64,000 bases of DNA from an uncultured delta proteobacterium. Its GTDB lineage: Bacteria; Desulfobacterota; Binatia; UBA9968. How positions within the stretch are numbered: the stretch's first letter is position 1; every line of letters starts with the position of its first letter. The DNA lies in the NCBI GenBank assembly GCA_963760795.1, contig CAVXEP010000032.1:64001-128000 (forward strand), in the 5' to 3' direction. Positions 8,732 to 19,927 of this stretch are shown here, in pieces. The notes beneath the pieces are model-generated. The model was not told the DNA's origin. It did no database searches and saw nothing but the letters and a program-made list of their open reading frames with translations. Position numbers and translations under genes: made by a program.

Positions 8732-9745
8732 ATGAGACGATTCGCTGTGATATTTCTCGCGGTTTTTGGTTTTGTCGCTTGGCTTTCTCTGCCAGCAAGC
8801 GCTCAGGCGCCGCGCAAGGTTAAAATGACCATTCCCGTGGTAGCGCACTCGATGACGCCCGTCTACGTCGCCCAAACGCGCGGCTTTTTTAGCGATGAGA
8901 AGCTGGAAATCGACATTACCTCCACCGGCGGTGGCGGCCCGGATATCCGCGCACTCATCGCCGGCGATGTCGAATTCAGTTTCACCACGGGAGATAACGT
9001 CATCTTGGCGCACCAGGAGGGCAAGCGACTTATTATGGTCATGAGCGGGCTGAACAAAGTTTTTATCAATTGGGCGATGCACAAAGAAACCGCCAAGGCG
9101 AAGGGCGTGACCGAATCGATGGCGCTGCCAGAAAAACTCAAGGCGCTCAAGGGGCTGACGGTGGGGGTGACCAATCCCGGCGCGCTGACCGCGCACTTGG
9201 CCGCCTTCGTGATTCGCAAGGCCGGCTACAATCCGCAACAGGATGTGCAGATCATCCCAGTCGGCGCCGGCCCGACCTGGCTCGCCGCACTGGAGAACAA
9301 GAAAGTCGATGTCGCCTTGACCGCGCCGCCGACGCCGGAGACCGCGATCAGCCGCGGATACGCGATCATGTTCATCAACAATGCCAAGGGCGAAGATCCG
9401 TCGATTCCGGAGTTTCTCATGGAAAATCTCGTGGCGCGCCCCGAGACAGTACAGAAAGAACCCGACCTGGTCAGACGCATGGTGCGCGCGCTGGTGCGTG
9501 CCAATCAATGGGCGCTCAAGAGCACCCCTGAACAGGTGGCCGACGCCTTGAAACCGTTCATGGCCAAGATCGATGCCGAGCTGCTGTTGTCTGGAGCTAG
9601 ATCGGTAATCCCGTCGCTCAGCCCGGACGGACGCACCAGCGAACGCAGTTTTCAGGTCACGCAAGATATCTTGGAGCAGGCCGGCATTCTGAAAAAGCGC
9701 TCGGCCTACGCCGAACTGGTCACCAACGAGTTCCTCGGCAAATGA
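8732..9745 (+). CDS. ABC transporter substrate-binding protein (NMT1/THI5-like)
   Basis: Signal peptide; 'YVAQTRGFFSDEKLEI', 'LKGLTVGVTNPG' motifs. Confidence 0.88.
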   Translation: MRRFAVIFLAVFGFVAWLSLPASAQAPRKVKMTIPVVAHSMTPVYVAQTRGFFSDEKLEIDITSTGGGGPDIRALIAGDVEFSFTTGDNVILAHQEGKRLIMVMSGLNKVFINWAMHKETAKAKGVTESMALPEKLKALKGLTVGVTNPGALTAHLAAFVIRKAGYNPQQDVQIIPVGAGPTWLAALENKKVDVALTAPPTPETAISRGYAIMFINNAKGEDPSIPEFLMENLVARPETVQKEPDLVRRMVRALVRANQWALKSTPEQVADALKPFMAKIDAELLLSGARSVIPSLSPDGRTSERSFQVTQDILEQAGILKKRSAYAELVTNEFLGK

Positions 9746-10527
9746 TCAGCCGCAGCCGCCTTTTGGTTTACCGTCTGATCTTCGGCGCTTTCCTATTAGG
9801 GTTCTGGGAGCTGAGCTCGGGGCGCTTGATCGATCCGTTCTGGGTGTCGAGTCCGTCGGCGGTGTTCAAATATCTCTACGGCGTGTTTGCCGACGGCTCG
9901 ATCTATGGTCACCTCGCGATCACGATGTATGAGACCTTCACGGGCTTTTTCATCGGATCGATTTTCGGTATCGGCATGGGCTTTGTCCTTGGGCGCCGTG
10001 AAATCTTGGCGGAAATTTTGGATCCCTACGTGGTCGCTTTCAATGGTATCCCGCGCATCGCCCTGGCGCCGCTGTTCATCATTTGGTTCGGCATCGGTCC
10101 AACCTCGAAGGTCATCCTGGTTATCAGCGTGGTGTTCTTTCTGACTTTCTTTAACACCTTCGCCGGTGTCAAAGGCGTCGACGCCGAACTCAAAAACATC
10201 TTGCGCATCATGGGCGCCAGCGAACGGCAGATCCTGATGAAAGTCACCCTGCCGGCGATCGTGCCGTGGATCACCACCGGCCTAAAGATCAGTCTACCCT
10301 ATGCCATCGTCGCCGCGGTGGTCGGCGAGTTCATCGCCGCGAGCAAAGGCTTGGGCTACCTGATCAACTACAATACCTCGCTGTTCTCCACCACCGGCGC
10401 GCTCGGCGGCATCTTCGTACTCGCGCTGGTCGTAGTCTTGTGCAATGAGGCGATCAGCCGAACCGAAGCCTATCTCCTGCGCTGGCGTCCGCGGGAAGAG
10501 AAAAGAAGCGAGGGGGAACTCTATTAG
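9742..10527 (+). CDS. ABC transporter permease (SsuC/TauC family)
   Basis: Multiple TM helices; 'IPRIALAPLFIIWFGIG', 'VVGEFIAASKGLG'. Confidence 0.92.
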   Translation: MISRSRLLVYRLIFGAFLLGFWELSSGRLIDPFWVSSPSAVFKYLYGVFADGSIYGHLAITMYETFTGFFIGSIFGIGMGFVLGRREILAEILDPYVVAFNGIPRIALAPLFIIWFGIGPTSKVILVISVVFFLTFFNTFAGVKGVDAELKNILRIMGASERQILMKVTLPAIVPWITTGLKISLPYAIVAAVVGEFIAASKGLGYLINYNTSLFSTTGALGGIFVLALVVVLCNEAISRTEAYLLRWRPREEKRSEGELY

Positions 10528-10532
10528 CGCTT

Positions 10533-10641
10533 GTAGGATCGGTTGAGTTCTGACCAAATCCATCGTCTTTGATTCGCTGCTACACGGGAAGCATACGATG
10601 AGCTTTAAGCGATGGGTATCGCTTTGCTCAACCCATCCTAC
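10533..10641. repeat. GTAG-family REP pair (REPIN-like)
   Basis: GTAGGATCGGTTGAG ... CTCAACCCATCCTAC inverted repeat (14/15) with inner CCATCG/CGATGG. Confidence 0.7.
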
Positions 10642-10700
10642 GTTCTCTGGGCGGTAACGCGGCGCGAGAGTTGCGCCTGTGAATCGGTCGAAAAAGGATT

Positions 10701-10770
10701 CACCGCAGAGGCGCTAAGTTCGCGGAGCTACTAAAGACTTTTTCTCTGTATCCTCTGCGCCTCTGCGGTG
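10701..10770. repeat. Palindromic intergenic repeat / possible bidirectional terminator
   Basis: Perfect 14-bp IR CACCGCAGAGGCGC / GCGCCTCTGCGGTG between convergent genes. Confidence 0.65.
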
Positions 10771-10789
10771 GGCAATCTTTCCCCATCAA

Positions 10790-11857
10790 CTAAAGCCCGT
10801 AGAGGCGTCTGGGATTATCATCCAAGATTTTTTGCGCGAACGACGCGCCGATCTTGCCGCCGTGCGCCAAGGTTTGGATCGCTTCGATGTCGTTGGAATA
10901 GTCGGCGTGGCCGTAGTCGGTGCCGACGGTGATGTGATCTTCGCCGACGCAGTCGACCACGTAGGCGAGGTCGTCGGTGGTTTGGCAGGCGACGTAGACA
11001 CGGTTGTCGCGTAGCACGGTCGCGGCGTCAATGGTGCGCTCCTTGGGCCGCGCCTGGGTGAGCACATGGCCGGCGTATTTGCGCTGGAACTCGCGTTCGG
11101 CTTGGGTGCGGATGACTAAATCGTTGACCGCATAGGGCAACCATTGCGACGTGCTCTCGACAAACGACCAGCGCAGCTTGGGAAACCTCGCCGGCACGCC
11201 TTGATAGATTAAATTATTAAACGCGCCCACCGATGGCAGCTTGAAGCGCGAGAAGACATCCTGGCCATATTGATCGTAGTAGTTAAAACTGCCAGTGCCG
11301 GCGTGGACGCAGATCGGCAGCTCGAGCCGTTCGGCTTCTTGGTAAATCGGAAATAGCGCGGGATCGGAAAGCAGCCATTCGCCCTCATGGCCGCGCATGA
11401 AGACGCCGCAGGCGCCGTGGGCTTTGGCGAAGTTGATTTCCTCGATCGCTTTGTCCATGGAACGTAGCGGCGGCAAAACAATCCAGCGCAGGCGATTGTT
11501 GCCGAGCTGCCAGATATGCGCGAGCCAGCGGTTGTAACCGCGATAGAGCGCCAGCTCGACCTCGGCGCGCGCCGTCACCGGCCGCAGGAACAGGGTCGGA
11601 TAGAGTACCTGGACATCGATCTTCAATGCGTCCATATGCGCCAGGCGGGCGGAGACATCGGTGAGGTCGCGAGCATCTTCCGGGACGTTCAGGCCGAGAT
11701 TGGAATTGGCAATGACCCGGTCGTCGACGCGCCAGAAGTGGATGCCATTTTTCTTCGAGACCAAGACTTCCGGCGTGAAGCGGCGCTCCTCTTCCAACAT
11801 GAAGTCCCAGGTCTGTTCTGTCTCGATGACATGGGCATCGGCGTCGATGATTGCCAT
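10790..11857 (-). CDS. Amidohydrolase family protein (Amidohydro_2)
   Basis: 'IDADAHV', 'DVQVLYPT', 'ICVHAG', 'GTDYGHAD'; RBS GAGGAGG. Confidence 0.88.
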   Translation of the reverse strand: MAIIDADAHVIETEQTWDFMLEEERRFTPEVLVSKKNGIHFWRVDDRVIANSNLGLNVPEDARDLTDVSARLAHMDALKIDVQVLYPTLFLRPVTARAEVELALYRGYNRWLAHIWQLGNNRLRWIVLPPLRSMDKAIEEINFAKAHGACGVFMRGHEGEWLLSDPALFPIYQEAERLELPICVHAGTGSFNYYDQYGQDVFSRFKLPSVGAFNNLIYQGVPARFPKLRWSFVESTSQWLPYAVNDLVIRTQAEREFQRKYAGHVLTQARPKERTIDAATVLRDNRVYVACQTTDDLAYVVDCVGEDHITVGTDYGHADYSNDIEAIQTLAHGGKIGASFAQKILDDNPRRLYGL

Positions 11858-11996
11858 GGCGATTTGCCTCCTCGTTCATTGTCGCTACGCTGAACAACAT
11901 GTAAAACCGCGGCAGCTACGCTGTCAAATGAAAGTTACTTTTGATTACTGGAGTCGTCGCGCGGTAGTTGGCAAAATAAGTCGGAGGTCTGCCCCT

Positions 11997-12107
11997 CGTC
12001 ATGCCGGTGAAAACCGGCATCCAGACCCATCATCCGCCTGGATACCGTTTTCCAACGGTATGACGGACGCAGTCCGTCACCTGGATTCCGCATGCGCGGG
12101 AATGACG
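11997..12107. repeat. Three GTCAT...ATCCAG-type short palindromic REP-like units
   Basis: cgtcatgccggtgaaaaccggcatccag (11997-12024), inverted units at 12038-12065 and 12081-12107. Confidence 0.7.
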
Positions 12108-12201
12108 GGGATAAGAGCCAACGCCCAGCGGGTGGCGCTTAGGTGGGAAATTCCCTAAGATTCCCTTTCCCCATGTAGGGGTTTAACGGAGGCATCGATT
12201 A

Positions 12202-14232
12202 ATGGTCAAAAAGATCCCCACCAAGCTCGAAACCCATGGCCAAGTGCGCGTGGACGATTATTACTGGCTGCGCGAACGGGACAATCCCGAAGTCATCCGC
12301 TACTTGAACGATGAGAACGCCATTGCCGCCAAGGCGATGGCGCATACTCGGGAATTTGAAAAAAAGCTTTTCGAAGAAATCAAAGGCCGGATCAAGCAGA
12401 CCGATTTGTCGGTGCCGTACCAACGCGACGACTATTTCTATTACACCCGCTTCGAGGCGGGTAAAGAGTATCCGATCTACTGCCGCAAGTTGGTTGCCCT
12501 CGATGCGCCTGAGCAAGTGATGCTCGATGGCAACGCTCTGGCCCAAGGCCATGAGTTTTTCTCCATCGGCGGCTCGGCGGTGAGTTCGGGTCAGGATCTG
12601 CTCGCTTACGCCACCGATACCCAGGGACGGCGGATTCACACGACCTATATCAAGAGCCTGACCGACGGCGCTGTGCTGCCGGATGTGATTGCCAACGTTA
12701 GTGAAAATCTTGCCTGGGGTAACGACAACCGGACGCTGTTCTATGGCAAACAGGACGAAACCACACTGCGCCAACATCAGATCTGGCGCCATATCGTCGG
12801 CACCGATCCGGCGGCCGACCAGCTAGTCTACCAAGAGGACGACGAGACTTTCGGCGTGTACATTTTCAAGACCAAGTCGAAGCGGTACTTATTGTTGGTG
12901 TCGGCGCAGACGATCACCCACGAATACCGTTATCTCGATGCCGACTATCCTGGCGGCGCATTCAAAATGTTTTTGCCGCGAGCGCGCGGCCATGAGTATC
13001 AGATCGATCATATCGCCGACCGCTTCCTCATCCGCACCAACGATCAGGCGAAGAACTTTCGCTTGATGGCGACGCCGGTGGCGCAGCCGGGACGCGAGTA
13101 TTGGCGCGAAATCATTCCCCACCGCGACGATGTTTACCTGGGCGATTTCGATCTGTTCAAAGACTATCTGGTTTTGGAAGAGCGGGCCGGCGGCCTGACG
13201 CAGATCCGCGTCGTGCCGTGGTCGGGCAGCGGCGCGCATTATTTGGAATTTGCCGAGCCAGCCTACCAGGCGCACCTCGGCGCCAATTTGGAATTCGACA
13301 CCAAGATCGTCCGTTTCGATTACACCTCGATGAAGACGCCGCAGTCGATTTACGACTACGACATGGACACGCGCCAGCGCAGATTATTAAAGCAAGAGGA
13401 AGTCCTGGGCGGTTTCAACGCCGATGACTATGTCACCGAGCGGCTCCATACCCGCGCTGCCGACGGCACCGAGATTCCGCTGTCGCTGCTCTATCGCAAA
13501 GGGCTGAAGAAAGACGGGCAGAATCCAACACTGCTGTACGGCTACGGATCCTACGGTGTGAGCATCGATGCCGCCTTCGCGTCGCCGCGCTTGAGTTTGG
13601 TCGATCGCGGTTTTGTTTTCGCCATCGCCCATATCCGCGGCGGCCAGGAGCTCGGCCGCCAATGGTACGACGATGGCAAGCTGCTGAAGAAGAAAAATAC
13701 CTTTAGCGATTTCGTCGCTTGCGCTGAGTTTTTGATTAGCGATCGCTTCACCAACTCGGAGAAACTGTTCGCCATGGGACGCAGCGCCGGTGGTTTATTG
13801 ATCGGCGCGGTGAGCAACTTACGCCCGGATTTATTCAAAGGTGTCGTCGCCGAGGTGCCGTTCGTCGACGTTGTCACCACCATGCTCGATGCGTCGATTC
13901 CATTGACCGCCGGCGAATATGACGAGTGGGGCGATCCCCACAAGAAAGTGTTTTACGACTACATGTTGTCCTACTCGCCCTACGACAACGTCGCGAGCAA
14001 AAACTATCCCGCCATGCTGATCACCGGTGGTTTGCATGACTCGCAAGTGCAATACTGGGAGCCGGCCAAGTGGGTGGCGAAACTGCGTGAGCTCAAGACC
14101 GATAATAATCCGGTTCTGCTGAAGACCAACATGGACGCCGGCCACGGCGGCGCCTCGGGACGTTTCCGCCGCCATCAGGAAACTGCGTTCAGCTATGTAT
14201 TTCTTTTGGATTTAGCGGGAATTCGCGAATAA
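12202..14232 (+). CDS. ptrB: Oligopeptidase B (S9A serine peptidase)
   Basis: 'DDYYWLR', 'LYGYGSYG', catalytic GRSAGG, 'DSQVQYWEPAKWVAKLR', 'AGHGGASGR'. Confidence 0.93.
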   Translation: MVKKIPTKLETHGQVRVDDYYWLRERDNPEVIRYLNDENAIAAKAMAHTREFEKKLFEEIKGRIKQTDLSVPYQRDDYFYYTRFEAGKEYPIYCRKLVALDAPEQVMLDGNALAQGHEFFSIGGSAVSSGQDLLAYATDTQGRRIHTTYIKSLTDGAVLPDVIANVSENLAWGNDNRTLFYGKQDETTLRQHQIWRHIVGTDPAADQLVYQEDDETFGVYIFKTKSKRYLLLVSAQTITHEYRYLDADYPGGAFKMFLPRARGHEYQIDHIADRFLIRTNDQAKNFRLMATPVAQPGREYWREIIPHRDDVYLGDFDLFKDYLVLEERAGGLTQIRVVPWSGSGAHYLEFAEPAYQAHLGANLEFDTKIVRFDYTSMKTPQSIYDYDMDTRQRRLLKQEEVLGGFNADDYVTERLHTRAADGTEIPLSLLYRKGLKKDGQNPTLLYGYGSYGVSIDAAFASPRLSLVDRGFVFAIAHIRGGQELGRQWYDDGKLLKKKNTFSDFVACAEFLISDRFTNSEKLFAMGRSAGGLLIGAVSNLRPDLFKGVVAEVPFVDVVTTMLDASIPLTAGEYDEWGDPHKKVFYDYMLSYSPYDNVASKNYPAMLITGGLHDSQVQYWEPAKWVAKLRELKTDNNPVLLKTNMDAGHGGASGRFRRHQETAFSYVFLLDLAGIRE

Positions 14233-14300
14233 ATCTGTCAATCTGCGGCAGGGCGGTATTAGAGTGGTCATTTCGCCGGAAGTGACTTCGGCTCCGCAGA

Positions 14301-14834
14301 TCACTTGTTCAACCAGTATCGCGAGAATTCTTGTAGGAACGTCAGCGTGGAAAAATCGCCCATGCGGTCAAGATAAACCTTGCCGTTCAAGTGATCGTAC
14401 TCATGTTGGATCACCCGAGCGTGGAAACCCTTGGCGATGAAGTCGAGTTTATGGCCATCGCGATCCAGCGCGGTGACGTGGATATGTTGGTAACGCGGCA
14501 CCTGGCCGCGCAGGTCGGGGATACTGAGGCAACCTTCCCAGTCTGCTTCCATCTCATCCGACATCGGCGTGATTTTCGGATTCACCAGGACAGTGAGCGG
14601 CACTTTGCCTTTATCGGGGTAGCGCGGGTTGTCGGCGACTTCGAGTACTGCGAGCTGTTTCGAGGTAAACACCTGATCCGCCGCCAAGCCGACGCCATCG
14701 TACTCTTTCATGGTCTCGATCATGTCGTCGATAAATCGCTGCATCGCCGCGCTCTTGAGTTCTTTGACGGAGATATTTTCCGTAACCTTGCGCAGCACCG
14801 GATGTCCCAAGCGCGTGACTTTGAGAATGGCCAT
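14301..14834 (-). CDS. def: Peptide deformylase
   Basis: GVGLAADQ, EGCLS, QHEYDHL motifs; start at MAILKV. Confidence 0.95.
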   Translation of the reverse strand: MAILKVTRLGHPVLRKVTENISVKELKSAAMQRFIDDMIETMKEYDGVGLAADQVFTSKQLAVLEVADNPRYPDKGKVPLTVLVNPKITPMSDEMEADWEGCLSIPDLRGQVPRYQHIHVTALDRDGHKLDFIAKGFHARVIQHEYDHLNGKVYLDRMGDFSTLTFLQEFSRYWLNK

Positions 14835-14960
14835 GGGGAGTGTTCTTAGCATAGCCGCGGAGCGGGAAAAAGAGCGGGAGCGGGGCGGTGCCGGGAAACC
14901 CAGTCGTAAGCGCGTGCGGCTCATCGGCGTAGTATCCAGTCAGGTGTTTTCGTCGTTATC

Positions 14961-14990
14961 TTGACATCGTAGACCTAACGAGTCTATATT
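14961..14990 (+). promoter_or_regulatory. Sigma70-type promoter of the suf operon with overlapping Rrf2/IscR-like operator
   Basis: TTGACA (14961-66), 18 bp, TATATT (14985-90); palindrome TAGAC-N7-GTCTA (14970-14986). Confidence 0.65.
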
Positions 14991-15035
14991 TAAAACGTGA
15001 AACGCGGCAGGGCCAAAAGCGAACGCAGTTCGTTG

Positions 15036-15488
15036 ATGAACGTCGGACGGCGGGTCGATTACGCGGTGCGGGCGTTGTCATTTCTGGCTGGGCAGCCGGC
15101 CGGGGCGATCGTCAGCCGAACCGAGATCGAGAAAAGCCAGGATATCCCATCCTTTTATCTATCCAAGATCATGAAGGATCTGGTCGCCGGCGGTTTGGTG
15201 CATTCGCACATTGGCTCCAAAGGTGGCTTCACTCTGGCCAAGATCGCCGGGGCGATTACTATTAAAGACATTTACGAGACCGTGGAGCGGCCGTTGGTGT
15301 TGATGGAGTGTCTCGAGCAGGGTGCGAACTATTGTTCCTACTGTGCCGTCTGCACGCAAAAATCGATCTGGGAAGAGGCGCAATCGGTACTCGCCAACTT
15401 TCTCGCCGGCGTGACCATCGCCGATATCGCCGACCGCCAAGGCTTGAAAGGGCGCATGCTCAAAGCAGCCATGCAAAAAGCTGTTTAG
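15036..15488 (+). CDS. Rrf2 family transcriptional regulator (IscR-like, Cys cluster)
   Basis: 'DYAVRAL', 'GSKGGFTLA', C-terminal 'ECLEQGANYCSYCAVC'. Confidence 0.9.
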   Translation: MNVGRRVDYAVRALSFLAGQPAGAIVSRTEIEKSQDIPSFYLSKIMKDLVAGGLVHSHIGSKGGFTLAKIAGAITIKDIYETVERPLVLMECLEQGANYCSYCAVCTQKSIWEEAQSVLANFLAGVTIADIADRQGLKGRMLKAAMQKAV

Positions 15489-15512
15489 CTATTAGATGAT
15501 TAAGGATAGTGA

Positions 15513-16271
15513 ATGTTAGATATCAAAAATCTCCGGGCCAAAGTCGGCGATAAGGAAATCTTGCGTGGCATCGATCTTCATGTCGGCGCCGGCGAAGTGC
15601 ACGCGATCATGGGACCCAATGGTTCGGGCAAAAGTACATTGGCTCATGTGCTCTCAGGGCGGGAAGCCTATGAAGTCACTGCCGGCACCGTGACCTATCA
15701 GGGGAAAGATTTATTGGCCATGGCGCCGGAGATCCGGGCGCGCGAAGGTATTTTCCTGGCGTTTCAATATCCCGTCGAAATTCCCGGCGTCTCGACGACC
15801 TATTTTCTCAAGGCGGCGCTCAACGCCGTGCGCAAGCATCGTGGCCTGGACGAACTCGACGCCATGGAGTTTCTCAGCTTGATCAAGGACAAGATGAATC
15901 TGGTGGAGATGAGTCAAACCCTGCTCAACCGGCCGCTCAACGAGGGTTTTTCCGGCGGCGAAAAGAAGCGCAATGAAATTTTACAAATGGCGGTACTCGA
16001 TCCGACGCTCGCGCTGCTCGATGAAACCGATTCGGGGTTGGATATCGATGCCCTGCGGGTCATCGCCGGCGGCGTCAATGCGCTGCGCAGCCCCAACCGC
16101 GCCATGATCGTGATCACCCACTATCAACGGCTGCTCGATTACATCGTGCCCGACTTCATTCATGTTCTGTACAACGGCCGGATCGTCAAGTCGGGCACCA
16201 AAGAACTCGCGCTAGAGTTGGAAAGCAAAGGTTACGATTGGCTCAAGGGTGAAGGTGCCGCGGCTCACTAG
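15513..16271 (+). CDS. sufC: Fe-S cluster assembly ATPase SufC
   Basis: GPNGSGKST, FQYPVEIPGV, GFSGGEKKRNEILQ, LDETDSGLDID. Confidence 0.96.
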   Translation: MLDIKNLRAKVGDKEILRGIDLHVGAGEVHAIMGPNGSGKSTLAHVLSGREAYEVTAGTVTYQGKDLLAMAPEIRAREGIFLAFQYPVEIPGVSTTYFLKAALNAVRKHRGLDELDAMEFLSLIKDKMNLVEMSQTLLNRPLNEGFSGGEKKRNEILQMAVLDPTLALLDETDSGLDIDALRVIAGGVNALRSPNRAMIVITHYQRLLDYIVPDFIHVLYNGRIVKSGTKELALELESKGYDWLKGEGAAAH

Positions 16272-16293
16272 AACCCGCGAAAGAGACTTGATA

Positions 16294-17613
16294 ATGCTCA
16301 GTGCTGAAAGCAAAGAACCTTATATCGCCGCCTTCAAGCAGCTGCGCGCGGGCGGAGCGCTGCGCGGACCGGCGTGGCTTGAACAGCTGCGCCAAGCTGG
16401 CATCGCAAGCTTTGAAGCGATGGGCTTTCCGACGCTCAAAAACGAAGACTGGAAGTATACCAACGTCGAGCCGATCGCCGCGCAGTCCTTCGCCCAGACC
16501 AACGGTGAAGCGAAATCGATTGTCGGCGCCGAAGTGTTTTCCCGGGCACTGATCGAAACCGACGCGCCGAGGCTAACGTTCGTCAATGGCGTTTACTCGG
16601 CGGCGCTGTCCAACACTTCAAGCCTGCCGCAGGGTTTGCGGCTTGGGCGGCTGGCAGAATTCATCGATCAGGGAGACACTGCCGTGGCCGCGCAGCTCGG
16701 ACAACTGGCGCGCGCAGAGCAGCAACATTTCGTTGCGCTTAACAGCGCTTTTCTCGGCGATGGCGCGGTGATTTCGTTGGCGCCGGGGTGTCGGCTTGAG
16801 CAGCCGATCTATTTGTTATTCGTTTGTACCGCTGGGACGCAGCCGGTGATTTCGCAGCCGCGGATTTTGCTTTTGCTCGGCGCCGGCAGCGAGGCGAAGA
16901 TCGTCGAGAGTTATTTAGGCGAAAGCGGAAAGGCTTATTTCTGCAACGCCGTCACCGAATTGGTCGGCGCTGAGGACGCCAGCGTCGAGCACTACCGTTT
17001 GCAGCAGGATAGCGACAAGGGTTTTCATGTCGGCACGCTGGCGGCGAGCTTGGCGCGGGGATGTCATCTGACCGCCCACGCGGTGACCTTGAGCGGCGCG
17101 CTGGTGCGCAACAATGTCCGCGTGCTGTTGAACGGCGCGGGGGCGGCGTGCGTGCTCAATGGACTTTATCTCGCCGATGGCAAGCAGCATGTCGACAACT
17201 ACACATTAATCGAGCATGTCAGCCCACGGGCGTCGAGCCTGGAATTGTACAAAGGGGTGCTCGGCGGCGCAGCCCACGGCGTCTTCAACGGCAAAATCAT
17301 CGTCCACAAAGATGCCCAGAAGTCCGACGCGCGCCAGACCAACAAGAATTTATTATTGTCGGACAGCGCGGTCATCGACACCAAACCGCAACTAGAAATT
17401 CATGCCGACGATGTCAAATGCAGCCATGGATCGACCATCGGCCAGCTCGATGCCGACGCGATATTTTATCTGCGCTCGCGCGGCTTGGATGTGGCGGCGG
17501 CGCGCAGCTTGTTGAGCTTTGCCTTTGCCAGCGACGTGGTGCGGCGGTTGGGCATCGACCACTTGCGCCAGCGTTTGGATGCGTACTTGGTCGGGCGATT
17601 CGGAGCGTGGTGA
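16294..17613 (+). CDS. sufD: Fe-S cluster assembly protein SufD
   Basis: 'EDWKYT', 'GVFNGKIIV..DAQKSDARQTNKNLLLS', 'KPQLEIHADDVKCSHGSTIG'. Confidence 0.93.
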   Translation: MLSAESKEPYIAAFKQLRAGGALRGPAWLEQLRQAGIASFEAMGFPTLKNEDWKYTNVEPIAAQSFAQTNGEAKSIVGAEVFSRALIETDAPRLTFVNGVYSAALSNTSSLPQGLRLGRLAEFIDQGDTAVAAQLGQLARAEQQHFVALNSAFLGDGAVISLAPGCRLEQPIYLLFVCTAGTQPVISQPRILLLLGAGSEAKIVESYLGESGKAYFCNAVTELVGAEDASVEHYRLQQDSDKGFHVGTLAASLARGCHLTAHAVTLSGALVRNNVRVLLNGAGAACVLNGLYLADGKQHVDNYTLIEHVSPRASSLELYKGVLGGAAHGVFNGKIIVHKDAQKSDARQTNKNLLLSDSAVIDTKPQLEIHADDVKCSHGSTIGQLDADAIFYLRSRGLDVAAARSLLSFAFASDVVRRLGIDHLRQRLDAYLVGRFGAW

Positions 17614-17620
17614 AGTTCCT

Positions 17621-18882
<1,262 letters not shown>

Positions 18883-18883
<1 letters not shown>

Positions 18884-19335
18884 TGTCGGAACTCGACGAT
18901 CTCTATCAAGAAGTCATCCTCGACCATAACAAGAGTCCGCGGAACTTTCGCGTCATGGCCGCGGCCAATCGCCAAGCAGAGGGTTACAATCCGCTGTGCG
19001 GCGATCAAGTCACGGTGTTTCTTCAGGTCGAAGACGGTGTGATCAAAGATATCAGCTTTCAAGGTTCGGGCTGCGCGATCTCCAAGGCTTCGGCGTCGAT
19101 GATGACCACTGAGCTGAAGGGTAAACCCGAAAGCGCGGCCTACGAACTGTTTGACAATGTCCATCACATGCTGACCGGCGAGCCGGATGGTGCAAGCGGC
19201 GCCGAGCGGTTGGGCAAGCTCGCGGTGCTCTCCGGTGTGTGCAAATTTCCCGCGCGGGTGAAATGCGCCAGTCTGGCCTGGCACACCGCAAACGCGGCGC
19301 TCAAAGGCGAAAATCAGCCGGCCAAGACCGAATGA
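18883..19335 (+). CDS. sufU: SUF system NifU-family protein SufU
   Basis: 'NPLCGD', 'GCAISKASAS', 'PARVKCA'. Confidence 0.93.
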
Positions 19336-19366
19336 ATTGAACGCATAACGAAATGAGGCCGCGATT

Positions 19367-19915
19367 ATGACAACTGACCAACCGATTATTCTTAAACGGG
19401 ATTGTCCGGCTGTGATGGTGCCAAGCGGCGAACCGCTGGCGCTTCACGCTGGTGGCAAGGTCTGGCTCACCCAAGCACTGGGCGGCGGCTACACAGTGAT
19501 GACCGATCACGGTTACACGGTGCGCGTCGACGGCCGCGATGGCGATGCTCTCGGCTTGTCAGAGGTGCAGTCGCCCAGGGTTGAAACGCCGGCAGCGTCG
19601 GGTTCAGTGCAGGATCGCGTCTGGGAACAATTGCGCTCCTGTTTCGATCCGGAAATCCCGGTCAATATCGTCGACTTGGGATTGATTTATGACTGCCAGG
19701 TCGAGGCGCTGCCCGGCGGCGGTCACAAAGCCACGATCCATTTTACTTTGACCGCCCAGGGCTGTGGCATGGGCGAGTTTCTCAAAGCCGATATCAAGCG
19801 CAAGTTGCTCGAAGTGAAGGATGTGCGCGAGGCGGCAGTCGAACTGGTCTGGGAGCCACAGTGGAACCAGAGCCGCATGTCGGTGCAAGCCAAACATCAA
19901 CTCGGTATTGAATAG
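19367..19915 (+). CDS. sufT: Long-form SufT Fe-S assembly protein (DUF59 domain)
   Basis: N-terminal 'TQALGGGYTV..RVDGRDGDALG' then 'FDPEIPVNIVDLGLIY..TLTAQGCGMG..LVWEPQW'. Confidence 0.85.
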   Translation: MTTDQPIILKRDCPAVMVPSGEPLALHAGGKVWLTQALGGGYTVMTDHGYTVRVDGRDGDALGLSEVQSPRVETPAASGSVQDRVWEQLRSCFDPEIPVNIVDLGLIYDCQVEALPGGGHKATIHFTLTAQGCGMGEFLKADIKRKLLEVKDVREAAVELVWEPQWNQSRMSVQAKHQLGIE

Positions 19916-19927
19916 CTAAGTGAAAAA

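Noticed and set aside
8402-9664. Long antisense or alternate-frame ORFs (e.g. 8402-9664, 58800-59717, 62137-63189, 41833-42645, 7086-8024)
   Set aside because: Shadow ORFs of well-supported genes in GC-rich DNA, with no protein motifs
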